A stretch of DNA of 20,000 bases from an uncultured virus (IMG/VR IMGVR_UViG_3300034104_004859) (IMGVR_UViG_3300034104_004859); one strand, 5' to 3'; positions 1 through 8,929 are shown, counted from the stretch's first letter. Notes: a model not told the origin generated them from the sequence alone. Program-made: numbers and translations.

Positions 1-18
1 ACATTAAATAACCCCGTT

Positions 19-1224
19 ATGGTAAAGTCTAAAAAAGACAAAGTAAGTAACCAAGTTTACAAAGTTGTAAAAGTTGGTACACATTTTAAGTTGGCAAATA
101 CAGCCGGTACAATTATAGGTACGAATGGTATAAACACAGGTACTCGTAAGAAAGCTTACGATACTAAGAAAGCTCTTAGAGAGGTAGTAGGTAAAGGTGG
201 AAAAATTTCATATCGTTTAGTTGATATGAAAGAGTATTCGGACTTAGTTGCTCCATTAAAGAGTAACGCTGAAGTGAACAACGAAGTGAGTGGTGCACAT
301 GAAGATATCAAAAACTTCATCCACAATGATTCAGTAGCATTAAAGCCGGAATCAATCGTAATGACTGACCTTAAGTGGAAGTACTTAATTCGTTCAGCAG
401 TTAGAGCAAAAAATATTATGATGACTGGACCTGCTGGTTGTGGTAAAACAATGGCAGCTAAAGCATTAACTAAAGGTTTAAATCGTCCTGATTTCTACTT
501 TAACTTAGGTGCTACGCAGGATGCTAGAGCAACCTTAATTGGTAACACACACTTTGATAGTAAGAAGGGTACATTCTTTAGTGAATCTGCTTTCGTAAAA
601 GCTATAAGTACTAAAAACGCTGTTATCTTATTAGATGAGTTGAGTAGAGCACATCCGGACGCTTGGAATATCTTAATGACAGTATTGGACCAGGGCCAAA
701 GGTACTTAAGATTGGATGAGGCTGTTAATTCTCCAATTGTGAATGTGGCTGAAGGTGTGACCTTTATCGCTACCGCTAATATCGGGGGTGAATACACGTC
801 AACACGTGTTATTGATAGAGCAATTATGGACCGTTTCACTACAATTGAAATGGATGTGTTGAATGATGAGCAAGAATTTGGATTATTGAAATATATGTAC
901 CCTAATGTGAATGATGATGATTTGAAAGCAGTAGCTGAAATCGCTCATCACACTCGTGAGGTAAGTAAAGGTGGTGATGGTAAGTTGAGTACAATGGTAT
1001 CAACTCGTGCTAGTGTTGAGGTAGCTGGGTTGTTGTATGATGGATTCAATTTGTTTGAAGCAGCTGAGATTGGTATTTTCCCATTCTTTAGTAACGATGG
1101 TGGAGCAGATAGTGAAAGAACTTATGTGAAGCAGTTAGTTCAGAAGTATGTGAAGGATGAGAAGGCTGATGAGAAATTATTCACCGAACCAACCGAAGAA
1201 GATAGTGAAACTATTGTTTGGTAG
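19..1224 (+). CDS. MoxR/CbbQ/NirQ-type AAA+ ATPase (AAA_5) with basic N-terminal extension
   Basis: 401 aa ORF; Walker A GPAGCGKT, Walker B ILLDELSR, sensor FIATAN, Arg-finger region DRAIMDRF, STR motif of the CbbQ-type C-terminal lid. Confidence 0.85.
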   Translation: MVKSKKDKVSNQVYKVVKVGTHFKLANTAGTIIGTNGINTGTRKKAYDTKKALREVVGKGGKISYRLVDMKEYSDLVAPLKSNAEVNNEVSGAHEDIKNFIHNDSVALKPESIVMTDLKWKYLIRSAVRAKNIMMTGPAGCGKTMAAKALTKGLNRPDFYFNLGATQDARATLIGNTHFDSKKGTFFSESAFVKAISTKNAVILLDELSRAHPDAWNILMTVLDQGQRYLRLDEAVNSPIVNVAEGVTFIATANIGGEYTSTRVIDRAIMDRFTTIEMDVLNDEQEFGLLKYMYPNVNDDDLKAVAEIAHHTREVSKGGDGKLSTMVSTRASVEVAGLLYDGFNLFEAAEIGIFPFFSNDGGADSERTYVKQLVQKYVKDEKADEKLFTEPTEEDSETIVW

Positions 1225-1252
1225 TGTTAAGGGGTTAGCCTCCAAACATAAC

Positions 1253-1280
1253 GGGAGGGCTTCGGTCCTCCCATTTTTTT
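1253..1280 (+). terminator. Intrinsic terminator
   Basis: GGGAGGGC-TTCG-GTCCTCCC hairpin (cUUCGg loop) followed by ATTTTTTT, 28 nt after the ATPase stop. Confidence 0.9.
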
Positions 1281-1300
1281 AACCCTATAAAATTTAAATT

Positions 1301-1477
1301 ATGAAAGAAAATTATTTTAATTATTGGTATAAAAAATTCATCAAAGATGGATTGAAGGCATGTAAAACAATTGTTGGATTAGGTATCGCAGTAGGATTAT
1401 GGTATTCGGTTAATTTACCAATTGGTATTATGTTCTTTGGTTGGGTATTGATAGAAGCATTAATAGATAGAAATTAA
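1301..1477 (+). CDS. Small membrane protein (58 aa, not in ORF track)
   Basis: MKENYFNYWYKKF...IVGLGIAVGLWYSVNLPIGIMFFGWVLIEALIDRN; two hydrophobic segments; AAATT-ATG start context like neighbouring genes. Confidence 0.65.
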   Translation: MKENYFNYWYKKFIKDGLKACKTIVGLGIAVGLWYSVNLPIGIMFFGWVLIEALIDRN

Positions 1478-1488
1478 AAAAAACAAAA

Positions 1489-1662
1489 ATGAAAAAATTT
1501 AGTGTAAGCGAAATGCTTATTTTGGTGGTATGTGTAGTGTGTATATTCGTAAGTGAATACATCTACTTAGTTCAAAACAACGTATTAAAAGCAATCTTTA
1601 TTGGATTATGGCCACCAACCATATTAGGATTGTTAAACTTTATTAATATCAAACGAAAGTAA
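1489..1662 (+). CDS. Small membrane protein (57 aa, not in ORF track)
   Basis: MKKFSVSEMLILVVCVVCIFVSEYIYLVQNNVLKAIFIGLWPPTILGLLNFINIKRK; two hydrophobic segments; stop 1 nt before the next ATG. Confidence 0.7.
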   Translation: MKKFSVSEMLILVVCVVCIFVSEYIYLVQNNVLKAIFIGLWPPTILGLLNFINIKRK

Positions 1663-1663
1663 A

Positions 1664-2041
1664 ATGGAAAATTTAGATATAATAATTCTTTCAACTATTG
1701 TATCAACATTGTTTGTTGTATTTGGTATCGTTATGTATAAGGAATTAAAAAACGCATCTGACCAAAGTGATGATTTGTATGATAATGGCCCTAGAGCAAA
1801 TATGATTAGGTTCATTGGTTCTATGTTTGATAGTGAATCAACAAATAAGATGACAAAAAAAGAAAAGGTTGCAGTATATAACGCAGTCAAACGAACAATG
1901 GCTGATATGGAAAGTGATGGTGTATATTTTCCTGAAGATGTTAAACAGGAGCTTGAAAAGAAAAGAGAAGAATTACATTGTGAATATAGTGGGCTACCAT
2001 CAGTAAAAGCATATGAATCAGTTAATAATATTATTAAATAA
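1664..2041 (+). CDS. Hypothetical protein with N-terminal transmembrane anchor
   Basis: 125 aa ORF; hydrophobic IIILSTIVSTLFVVFGIVMY; tightly packed with neighbours. Confidence 0.75.
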   Translation: MENLDIIILSTIVSTLFVVFGIVMYKELKNASDQSDDLYDNGPRANMIRFIGSMFDSESTNKMTKKEKVAVYNAVKRTMADMESDGVYFPEDVKQELEKKREELHCEYSGLPSVKAYESVNNIIK

Positions 2042-2046
2042 ATTAT

Positions 2047-2673
2047 ATGTTAAGTAAAGCAAACGGAAACGAATTAATAGATAGCTTTGAAAAAAGTAAG
2101 AGATTAAGTGAAGCCACAAAATACTATGGACTATTTTTGGAATCATTGGGGTTTGACTATATGGCTGACCCTCAAACAATAGATACCCCAAAGAGAGTAG
2201 CTAAAGCTTGGTTGGATGATTTGATTAAAGGTAGTGTATCGGCTGAACCTAATATCACTGTGTTCCCAAATGAGGAGCATTACAATGGTGTAGTTATTCA
2301 GACGGGTATCAAAGTTAATTCAATGTGTGCCCATCATAACTTACCTTTCTATGGATACGCAGCTGTGGCTTACATACCAAAAGAAAACGTAATTGGATTG
2401 AGTAAGTTGAATAGAATTGTAGAATGGTTCAGTAGGAGACCTCAAATGCAGGAATCCCTAACGGCTCAGATACATAAATTCGTTAGTGATAAATTGCAGT
2501 GTGATGATGTAGCAGTATCAATTAGTGGACATCACCTTTGTTGTGGTATGAGGGGAGTACAACATCCTGATAGTATGATGACAACCAATAAATTTAGTGG
2601 GGCATTTGTGGAGAAAGATAACTTAGTAAGACAAGAATTCTTACACGCAATTAAAATGAACAATTTAAAATAA
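2047..2673 (+). CDS. folE: GTP cyclohydrolase I
   Basis: DTPKRVAK, SMCAHHNLPFYG (Zn ligands), GLSKLNRIVEWFSRRPQMQE and HLCCGMRG motifs. Confidence 0.95.
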   Translation: MLSKANGNELIDSFEKSKRLSEATKYYGLFLESLGFDYMADPQTIDTPKRVAKAWLDDLIKGSVSAEPNITVFPNEEHYNGVVIQTGIKVNSMCAHHNLPFYGYAAVAYIPKENVIGLSKLNRIVEWFSRRPQMQESLTAQIHKFVSDKLQCDDVAVSISGHHLCCGMRGVQHPDSMMTTNKFSGAFVEKDNLVRQEFLHAIKMNNLK

Positions 2674-2679
2674 AATAAT

Positions 2680-2829
2680 ATGGACAAGATTAAAAGGATT
2701 TGGAATTTAGTGTATATACCAACAGCATTCTTTTTGGGTGCATTAAATATGTGGATAGGTGAAACAGGAATAGGATGTTTATTTATTCTATTTGCAACAA
2801 ACGAAACAATAAATAAAAAATATGAATAA
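2680..2829 (+). CDS. Small membrane protein (49 aa, not in ORF track)
   Basis: MDKIKRIWNLVYIPTAFFLGALNMWIGETGIGCLFILFATNETINKKYE; fills the gap after folE. Confidence 0.55.
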   Translation: MDKIKRIWNLVYIPTAFFLGALNMWIGETGIGCLFILFATNETINKKYE

Positions 2830-2983
2830 TCAAACAAATGGTTGGATGGAGAAGTTAGCAAAAAGCTATAAGTTACCAGAGGAACAACCTAAACAAAAGA
2901 AAGAACCAGTATCTCTATTAAGAGAATCTCAATTAAAGATTATAATGGGTAGGGATAAAAAAGATTTGGTAAATAAGAAATAA
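2822..2983 (+). CDS. Small hypothetical protein (53 aa, not in ORF track)
   Basis: MNNQTNGWMEKLAKSYKLPEEQPKQKKEPVSLLRESQLKIIMGRDKKDLVNKK; ATG overlaps the previous stop region. Confidence 0.55.
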   Translation: MNNQTNGWMEKLAKSYKLPEEQPKQKKEPVSLLRESQLKIIMGRDKKDLVNKK

Positions 2984-2996
2984 TTTCGTATATTTG
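2964..2996 (+). promoter_or_regulatory. Bacteroidota-type sigma70 promoter (copy 1 of 9)
   Basis: ATTTGGTAAATAAGAAATAATTTCGTATATTTG: -33 TTTG, 20-nt spacer, -7 TAnnTTTG. Confidence 0.8.
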
Positions 2997-3013
2997 TATA
3001 AATTAAATTAGTT

Positions 3014-3277
3014 ATGAAAACATTTAATGATTTAGAATTTGTACCACATGCTGCCGGAATGGGAGGTGTGATGAGCCGTATCCAATTTGAAAACGGATAT
3101 GGTGCTAGTGTAGTTAAGACCGATTATACCTATGGAGGTGATAAAGGTTTGTATGAATTAGCAGTATTGGATAGTGATGGTAACTTAACATACGCTACAT
3201 CTGTTACCGATGATGTGATTGGATATTTAAGACCGGAAGATGTAACTGATGTATTGGTTAAAATTCAACAACTATAA
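3014..3277 (+). CDS. Conserved phage hypothetical protein
   Basis: 87 aa; FENGYGASVV...GLYELAVL motif typical of a small phage protein family; directly downstream of promoter. Confidence 0.8.
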   Translation: MKTFNDLEFVPHAAGMGGVMSRIQFENGYGASVVKTDYTYGGDKGLYELAVLDSDGNLTYATSVTDDVIGYLRPEDVTDVLVKIQQL

Positions 3278-3278
3278 T

Positions 3279-3671
3279 ATGATAGCTAATATACTAAGAG
3301 GTACAAAGAGAAATCCATATTCATCTTCTAAAGTAAGAAAGATGCGTAGTGATAGAATGTTGACTAAAGCTAAGAAGGATGGAGTTAGTAATGACCAAGT
3401 CCAACATTATTTAGGTAAGTTACAAGCTGCCGGACATATGAGATTGAGTGGTATGAGTTCATTTGATACTAAAATAGATGCCGATGTATTTAGTGATGGT
3501 AAGGCTATAAAAGCTACTACTATTAAATTTGATACAATACTTGAGAAGGGAATGGGTGAGAGACCGCATATGACTGGTTATTTGACATCGGCTAGTGATA
3601 ATGATAAACAATATAAATTAAAGGGTTGGTTTAATGAGGATGGAACATTCCGAATTGAACTTGTAAACTAA
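3279..3671 (+). CDS. Hypothetical protein (start moved from 3249 to ATG 3279)
   Basis: In-frame ATG 1 nt after the upstream stop (MIANILRG...); C-terminal RPHMTG...YKLKGW beta-rich segment. Confidence 0.7.
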   Translation: MIANILRGTKRNPYSSSKVRKMRSDRMLTKAKKDGVSNDQVQHYLGKLQAAGHMRLSGMSSFDTKIDADVFSDGKAIKATTIKFDTILEKGMGERPHMTGYLTSASDNDKQYKLKGWFNEDGTFRIELVN

Positions 3672-3676
3672 TAGCA

Positions 3677-4168
3677 ATGGGATATAATAAATTCAGATGG
3701 TGGACTAAGGGTAGACCTAATAACCCACTTAAAGCTGACGCTCCGTTATTATTGAAAATCCGAAATGGTGACTTTGATTATTCGTATATGTTTAATGAGG
3801 CTATTGGTATGAGAGAAACGGCTAAACAGGCATACGAACAAACATACAAAAACTATGGTGGCACGGATGAAAAGAATCGGCAAGAAGCGGCATTAGAAGC
3901 TGGTAGGATGAAAAGGGTTAAGGCTATTAAATTGGAGTTAGAAGCAAACAGGGAAGAGCAAATGACCCTATGGAAACTACAAATGGAACTAAAGAAAGAG
4001 TTTGGTAAGGACTTGTGGGAGAAAGCTATGGAGAGACAAAGAGGTAAGGGTACATTGGAGGACTTGTATATGTGGTATAAGAAACAAGTTAAGCAAGGTA
4101 CTACCAAATCGGAAACTGATATTCAATTAAAAAGAACGAATACTTTAGGACTGGAATATTTATTCTAA
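3677..4168 (+). CDS. Hypothetical protein
   Basis: 163 aa ORF, helical and charged, operon-packed. Confidence 0.75.
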   Translation: MGYNKFRWWTKGRPNNPLKADAPLLLKIRNGDFDYSYMFNEAIGMRETAKQAYEQTYKNYGGTDEKNRQEAALEAGRMKRVKAIKLELEANREEQMTLWKLQMELKKEFGKDLWEKAMERQRGKGTLEDLYMWYKKQVKQGTTKSETDIQLKRTNTLGLEYLF

Positions 4169-4177
4169 ACATAGAAC

Positions 4178-4372
4178 ATGGAAAATTTAATAAAATTAGA
4201 ATCTATTAATGTATGGGCTGGTCCTTTGGGTGTAATGCCTTCGGATGAAAACAACCTACCAATAATGGAGGAAAGTAGAAGCTGGGGAAGTTTAGAAGCT
4301 GAATGGTTTCAAAACTTATCCGTAGAAGATAAAGAATTAGTAAACGAAATTATAAACAAAAAAAATAACTAA
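4178..4372 (+). CDS. Hypothetical protein
   Basis: 64 aa ORF, operon-packed. Confidence 0.65.
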   Translation: MENLIKLESINVWAGPLGVMPSDENNLPIMEESRSWGSLEAEWFQNLSVEDKELVNEIINKKNN

Positions 4373-4377
4373 TAGTT

Positions 4378-4656
4378 ATGGAAATCGTAAAGAGCAGATT
4401 TGGAGTAGACCGTTCAATTGAAAGAATCAATTTGAACAAAGTAAGAGTATTAGGTGAATCACAATTCATCCGTAAATCAACTAACAAACAAGGTGATATC
4501 ACTATGTTTGATTTTGAAGGAGGTCCTTGTTATTCATTGGGCGGTAAATTCTTCTTTGAGAAAATGAATTGGAGAATCAACTACATTGAGCCAATGGAAA
4601 GTGGTTACAAAGACCTTTATGAGGTGAACCTACACATTGAACCAATTTGGAGATAA
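4378..4656 (+). CDS. Hypothetical protein
   Basis: 92 aa ORF with FDFEGGP motif; operon-packed. Confidence 0.75.
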   Translation: MEIVKSRFGVDRSIERINLNKVRVLGESQFIRKSTNKQGDITMFDFEGGPCYSLGGKFFFEKMNWRINYIEPMESGYKDLYEVNLHIEPIWR

Positions 4657-4847
4657 TGACATTTGAAGAATTGCAAAGACAAGAAGTTGGGAGATTAAAC
4701 AACGCTTTGATTTCTCAATCACTTCAGCCGCAAGATAGAAAACTACTTAACCAAAAGATGTTCAATCCTAAAACAGGTGAACTACAACTATTTGTTGATA
4801 ATGGTAAAGGTGGTGTAAAGATGGCGGCGGTGAATATCTTTGAATAG
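4656..4847 (+). CDS. Hypothetical protein (start likely ATG 4656, TAATG overlap)
   Basis: In-frame ATG overlapping the upstream TAA; MTFEELQRQEVGRL... Confidence 0.65.
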   Translation: MTFEELQRQEVGRLNNALISQSLQPQDRKLLNQKMFNPKTGELQLFVDNGKGGVKMAAVNIFE

Positions 4848-4907
4848 AACGAACCCCTTTGGGGAGAGTCGTTAGGTAAAAATTTTTGATAGTGAATATT
4901 TATTGGT

Positions 4908-5000
4908 ATGAAAATACTAATAATCAAAATACAAGCTATCATCCTAGCTATCGGAGTTGGGATATACGAATATTACAAAGGTGGAAACAAACCATTTTAA
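4908..5000 (+). CDS. 30-aa single-TM micropeptide (not in ORF track)
   Basis: MKILIIKIQAIILAIGVGIYEYYKGGNKPF; preceded by ATATTTAT-N4; ends 13 nt before iscU. Confidence 0.5.
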   Translation: MKILIIKIQAIILAIGVGIYEYYKGGNKPF

Positions 5001-5013
5001 AAATAAATAAATT

Positions 5014-5424
5014 ATGGCATATAGTGATAAAGTTTTAGACCATTACCAAAACCCAAAGAATGTAGGTACGTTGGATAAAAGTAAATCTAATGTAGGTACT
5101 GGATTGGTAGGAGCACCTGAATGTGGGGATGTTATGAGATTACAAATTGAAGTAGTGGATAACATTATAGTTGATGCAAAATTCAAAACCTTCGGATGTG
5201 GTTCGGCAATCGCATCATCTTCGGTAGCAACTGAATGGTTGAAAGGTAAGAGTTTGGATGAGGCAATGACGATTGATAATATGGATTTGGTTGAGGAACT
5301 AAATCTACCTCCTGTAAAAATTCATTGTTCGGTTTTAGCAGAAGATGCAATCAAATCAGCTATCAATGATTACCGTGTAAAGAACGGATTAGAACCAATT
5401 GTGTTTGAAGATTCGCATATATAA
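5014..5424 (+). CDS. iscU: Fe-S cluster scaffold IscU
   Basis: YSDKVLDHYQNPKNVG, GAPECGDVM, FKTFGCGSAIASSS, LPPVKIHC (HscA-binding motif); three conserved Cys. Confidence 0.96.
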   Translation: MAYSDKVLDHYQNPKNVGTLDKSKSNVGTGLVGAPECGDVMRLQIEVVDNIIVDAKFKTFGCGSAIASSSVATEWLKGKSLDEAMTIDNMDLVEELNLPPVKIHCSVLAEDAIKSAINDYRVKNGLEPIVFEDSHI

Positions 5425-5434
5425 AAAATAAATT

Positions 5435-5743
5435 ATGAGCTATATTATTGGTAAGAGTTGTGTTGATTGTATGGATACTGCGTGTGCTAGTGTATGCCCG
5501 GTAGATTGTATTCACGGACCTATTAATGTTGATGGTTCAGGTTCGGAAATAGAGAAGGATGGTAGAGAAGCATTTCCCGGTGGGCAGATGTATATCAATC
5601 CTGATGTATGTATTAATTGTGGTGCATGTGAGCCTGAATGTCCTGTTTCTGCAATTTACGAAGATGAGGATTTGGCTATCAAAGCTGGTGATGAAATATC
5701 GGTACATAAGAACTACGAATTCTTTGGATTAAAATACGCATAA
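5435..5743 (+). CDS. Dicluster (7Fe/8Fe, FdxA-like) ferredoxin
   Basis: CVDCMDTACASVCPVDCI and CINCGACEPECPV Cys motifs, with a ~20-aa insertion between them. Confidence 0.9.
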   Translation: MSYIIGKSCVDCMDTACASVCPVDCIHGPINVDGSGSEIEKDGREAFPGGQMYINPDVCINCGACEPECPVSAIYEDEDLAIKAGDEISVHKNYEFFGLKYA

Positions 5744-5934
5744 TGATAATAATAGATGTAACAAAATTCAGCTCTATTGAACAGGCTCTAAAGGTGTATA
5801 AGAACAAACACAATAAGATAGGAACTGTTAGAGAGTTAAGGGATAGACAAGTATTCGTTAAACCATCGGTGAAACGTAGAGAGGAAGTTCGTAAGGCAGT
5901 GTATATGGAAAAAAAGTTTAACAACAATAATTAA
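5743..5934 (+). CDS. rpsU: Ribosomal protein bS21 (phage-encoded)
   Basis: 63 aa; IEQALKVYKNK...GTVRELRDRQVFVKPSVKRR...KAVY matches bS21, Bacteroidota-like. Confidence 0.9.
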   Translation: MIIIDVTKFSSIEQALKVYKNKHNKIGTVRELRDRQVFVKPSVKRREEVRKAVYMEKKFNNNN

Positions 5935-5938
5935 AGAT

Positions 5939-6238
5939 ATGAAAGAGTGGATATCAAAGTATCAAAAAGCAATCGTAGGAACGGGCGCTGTATCGGTGTT
6001 AATCCTATGTTACTTTCAACAAAAAGAATTAAGTAAATTACGAAGTGAGCAGATTAAAGTATATAACATTCCGAATAATGTAGATTCGTTAATGAATATA
6101 GCGGATAGTTTACATGATGAGTTATTCATGTCTAAAGTACAAAATGGAAAATACGAATTGAGTTTAGAACATTTATACGAAATTAATCCTAAAGCTGGAA
6201 AGGAGTTTACGGAGTTTATGGAAAATGAAACCGAATAA
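5939..6238 (+). CDS. Membrane-anchored hypothetical protein
   Basis: 99 aa; N-terminal hydrophobic [16 protein letters not shown] followed by a helical region. Confidence 0.7.
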   Translation: MKEWISKYQKAIVGTGAVSVLILCYFQQKELSKLRSEQIKVYNIPNNVDSLMNIADSLHDELFMSKVQNGKYELSLEHLYEINPKAGKEFTEFMENETE

Positions 6239-6240
6239 CT

Positions 6241-6570
6241 ATGGTAACCTTAGAACCTAAAGCATTAGAGCATGTGATTGAGTTAATGAAGGAAGGTGGC
6301 TTAACGCCGGATACTCATAACTTAAGAGTTGGTATCAAAGGTGGTGGGTGTAGTGGGTTATCTTATACAATGGATTTTGATGATAAGATAGAAGCTACGG
6401 ATGAAGTAGTACAAGCGGATGGATTGAAAGTAGTAATAGATAGAAAGAGTTTACTATACCTGTATGGTACTCAATTAACATATTCAGATGGATTAAATGG
6501 TAAAGGATTTCAATGGGAGAATCCAAACGCATCCCGAACTTGTGGATGTGGTGAAAGTTTTTCTTTATGA
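6241..6570 (+). CDS. iscA: A-type Fe-S carrier (IscA/SufA/ErpA, HesB family)
   Basis: [15 protein letters not shown] and [14 protein letters not shown] motifs. Confidence 0.93.
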   Translation: MVTLEPKALEHVIELMKEGGLTPDTHNLRVGIKGGGCSGLSYTMDFDDKIEATDEVVQADGLKVVIDRKSLLYLYGTQLTYSDGLNGKGFQWENPNASRTCGCGESFSL

Positions 6571-6743
6571 TAAAATGGATTCCTAAAATATTAGCTTATA
6601 TAGTTATGATGCCTATTTTAATTATTGGTATTATAGTAGGTATTATATGGAATATAGTTTTGATTGGAGATTATATATTCGGAGATATTCGTAGAAAGGG
6701 TAAAAAAGAGATACAACAAATCAATAGAGAACAACATAAATAA
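6567..6743 (+). CDS. Small membrane protein (58 aa, not in ORF track)
   Basis: ATGA overlap with iscA stop; [47 protein letters not shown]... Confidence 0.6.
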   Translation: MIKWIPKILAYIVMMPILIIGIIVGIIWNIVLIGDYIFGDIRRKGKKEIQQINREQHK

Positions 6744-6762
6744 AAATCTTGCATGCCATGCG

Positions 6763-6799
6763 AAACTCCTTAATAATATCCAAAAATTAAGGAGTTTTT
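6763..6799 (+). terminator. Probable intrinsic terminator ending the Fe-S/bS21 operon
   Basis: AAACTCCTTAAT...ATTAAGGAGTTT 12-bp stem running into a short T tract, immediately before the next promoter. Confidence 0.65.
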
Positions 6800-6800
6800 A

Positions 6801-6833
6801 ATTTGGTAGAATGAAGAATAATTCGTATCTTTA
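6801..6833 (+). promoter_or_regulatory. Bacteroidota-type promoter (copy 2)
   Basis: ATTTGGTAGAATGAAGAATAATTCGTATCTTTA. Confidence 0.8.
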
Positions 6834-6848
6834 CATAAATTAAGTTAT

Positions 6849-7022
6849 ATGCCGCTTAAAAAAGTAATGAAAGGTTTGGAAATATCCTTACAAGCCGAAA
6901 AAGAAATCCATCCAAAAACTAAATTAGGTGTTTGGTTTCATATTTGGAAACTACACTCTATTCAATCACGCATAGATAGTATAAAAAAAGAACTACTATA
7001 TAGAAAAACAAAAACAAAATGA
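6849..7022 (+). CDS. Small basic hypothetical protein (57 aa, not in ORF track)
   Basis: MPLKKVMKGLEISLQAEKEIHPKTKLGVWFHIWKLHSIQSRIDSIKKELLYRKTKTK; ATGA overlap with the TerC gene. Confidence 0.6.
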   Translation: MPLKKVMKGLEISLQAEKEIHPKTKLGVWFHIWKLHSIQSRIDSIKKELLYRKTKTK

Positions 7023-7672
7023 CAGAAGTATTAATTTTCCTAAACATTATGATACTAGAAATAGTATTGAGTATTGATAACGCAGCAGTATTAGCAGCGA
7101 TGGTAAAAGAACTACCAAAAGAACAACAAAAGAAAGCCCTAACCTATGGTATAGCAGGGGCATATGTATTTAGAGGATTGGCATTGGCGTTCGCATCCAT
7201 TCTTATCAAATTAGTATGGTTGAAAGTAGCAGGTGGATTGTATCTTATGTATTTAGCATATAAAGCCTTATCTACAAAAGTTGAAGAAGGTGGTGAGAGT
7301 AAGATGAGTATTAAGATACCATTTCTATCAGCACTTTGGTCTACCATCGTAGCAATTGAGATGATGGATTTGATATTCAGTATTGATAATGTATTTGCCG
7401 CAGTGGCATTTACTCCTAACTTATGGTTGATATGTGGTGGGGTATTCATTGGTATCCTTGCTATGAGATTTGCAACAACAAAGTTTGTGAAAGTCTTAGA
7501 GAAGAATCCTATATTGGAGAGAGTAGCATATTGGGTAATTGGGGCATTGGGATTAAAGTTAGTATCATCGTATTGGTTACATGATTTGAATACGGAATCA
7601 ATTGATGCAGTATTCTCAATCCTAACTTTATTAGCATTTATAATTCCTTTAATAATAAAAACAAAAAAATAA
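7019..7672 (+). CDS. terC: TerC-family integral membrane protein
   Basis: LEIVLSIDNAAV and DLIFSIDNV acidic motifs, GIAGAYVFRG, GILAMRF; about 7 TM segments. Confidence 0.9.
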   Translation: MTEVLIFLNIMILEIVLSIDNAAVLAAMVKELPKEQQKKALTYGIAGAYVFRGLALAFASILIKLVWLKVAGGLYLMYLAYKALSTKVEEGGESKMSIKIPFLSALWSTIVAIEMMDLIFSIDNVFAAVAFTPNLWLICGGVFIGILAMRFATTKFVKVLEKNPILERVAYWVIGALGLKLVSSYWLHDLNTESIDAVFSILTLLAFIIPLIIKTKK

Positions 7673-8928
7673 TGGCAGTACCAAAGATACCTAGAAGATT
7701 GACAGAACCGGAGTTGGAAGATATATTATCGGTAGAGGAATTGGATATGATTCCAGCTGAAGTCCGAATGGCTATTAGTGAATCAATAAAATCATCAGAA
7801 GGATATGGCGATGGTAGTAGTACAACAACTGGACAATCATATAAACCAATTGATTATGATGATTTCCCAATTGGTATGTATATGATTAATAAGACAGGTA
7901 GGAGTTCATCGGCATACTTTAGAATATCGGATGAGTTTCAGGTTAAGCAAGATGATGCATTGGCATTAGTAGAGAAGTTAGGATTCGTTGAAATATTTAA
8001 CAAATCTCTATTCATGCAATCAGGTCACTTTGAAAATAAAATCTATGAGAAAGTATTTGATGATGGTATCGTACTTCTAATGGTAGATAGTATAGCTAAG
8101 AAATGGGCTACATCGGTTTCTAAATCATATAGACAGGATAGAGGTATTAACATTTCATTATGTTCTAACTCATCACCTAAATATTTTAGTGAGATAACAA
8201 ATCAGTTTACTCCACTAGCTAAAAGACGTAGAGAGAAAGAGAATAACATTGCCTTAGTAATACAAACAAATAGAGGTTATGATACAACTTCATTTGAGTT
8301 ACCAAAGCAGAAATTAGATATTGAGTTGGGATATGGTAAATCGTTTAAACCAATTCACGAAAAGATTATACATAAGTTGAATGAACGAAAGAGTAAAGGA
8401 TTAGTTCTATTGCATGGTACGCCTGGTACTGGAAAGACTCACTACTTAAAGTATTTAGCAAGTAAGATTAAGAATAAGAGAGTACTATTCATTCCTCCGT
8501 TCTTAGCAGACTTCATCACATCGCCTGAAATGACACCATTCCTAATTCAAAACGCAGGTTCGGTACTATTCATTGAAGATGCGGAGAAGGTAATTACGGA
8601 TAGAAACACTGGTGGTGGTAATGGCGTATCAAACATACTTAACATTACGGATGGTATCTTAAGTGATATCCTTAACATTCAGATTGTGGCAACATTCAAT
8701 ATGGATAAAAAGAAAATTGATGAGGCATTACTTCGTAAAGGTAGATTGATTGCAGAACATAAGTTTGATGCACTACCAACAGAAGATTCACAAGCCCTAA
8801 TAGACCATTTAGGGTTTGATTATAAAACGGATAAACCAATGACACTAACTGAAATATACAACTTAAGTGAGGTTGAATATAAGAGTGAAGATAAAGGTAG
8901 AGCAACAATAGGATTTAATAGATATTAA
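7672..8928 (+). CDS. AAA+ ATPase with N-terminal domain of unknown function
   Basis: GLVLLHGTPGTGKT, LFIEDAE, ILNITDG, ATFN, IDEALLRKGRL; ends in IGF. Confidence 0.88.
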   Translation: MAVPKIPRRLTEPELEDILSVEELDMIPAEVRMAISESIKSSEGYGDGSSTTTGQSYKPIDYDDFPIGMYMINKTGRSSSAYFRISDEFQVKQDDALALVEKLGFVEIFNKSLFMQSGHFENKIYEKVFDDGIVLLMVDSIAKKWATSVSKSYRQDRGINISLCSNSSPKYFSEITNQFTPLAKRRREKENNIALVIQTNRGYDTTSFELPKQKLDIELGYGKSFKPIHEKIIHKLNERKSKGLVLLHGTPGTGKTHYLKYLASKIKNKRVLFIPPFLADFITSPEMTPFLIQNAGSVLFIEDAEKVITDRNTGGGNGVSNILNITDGILSDILNIQIVATFNMDKKKIDEALLRKGRLIAEHKFDALPTEDSQALIDHLGFDYKTDKPMTLTEIYNLSEVEYKSEDKGRATIGFNRY

Positions 8929-8929
8929 T

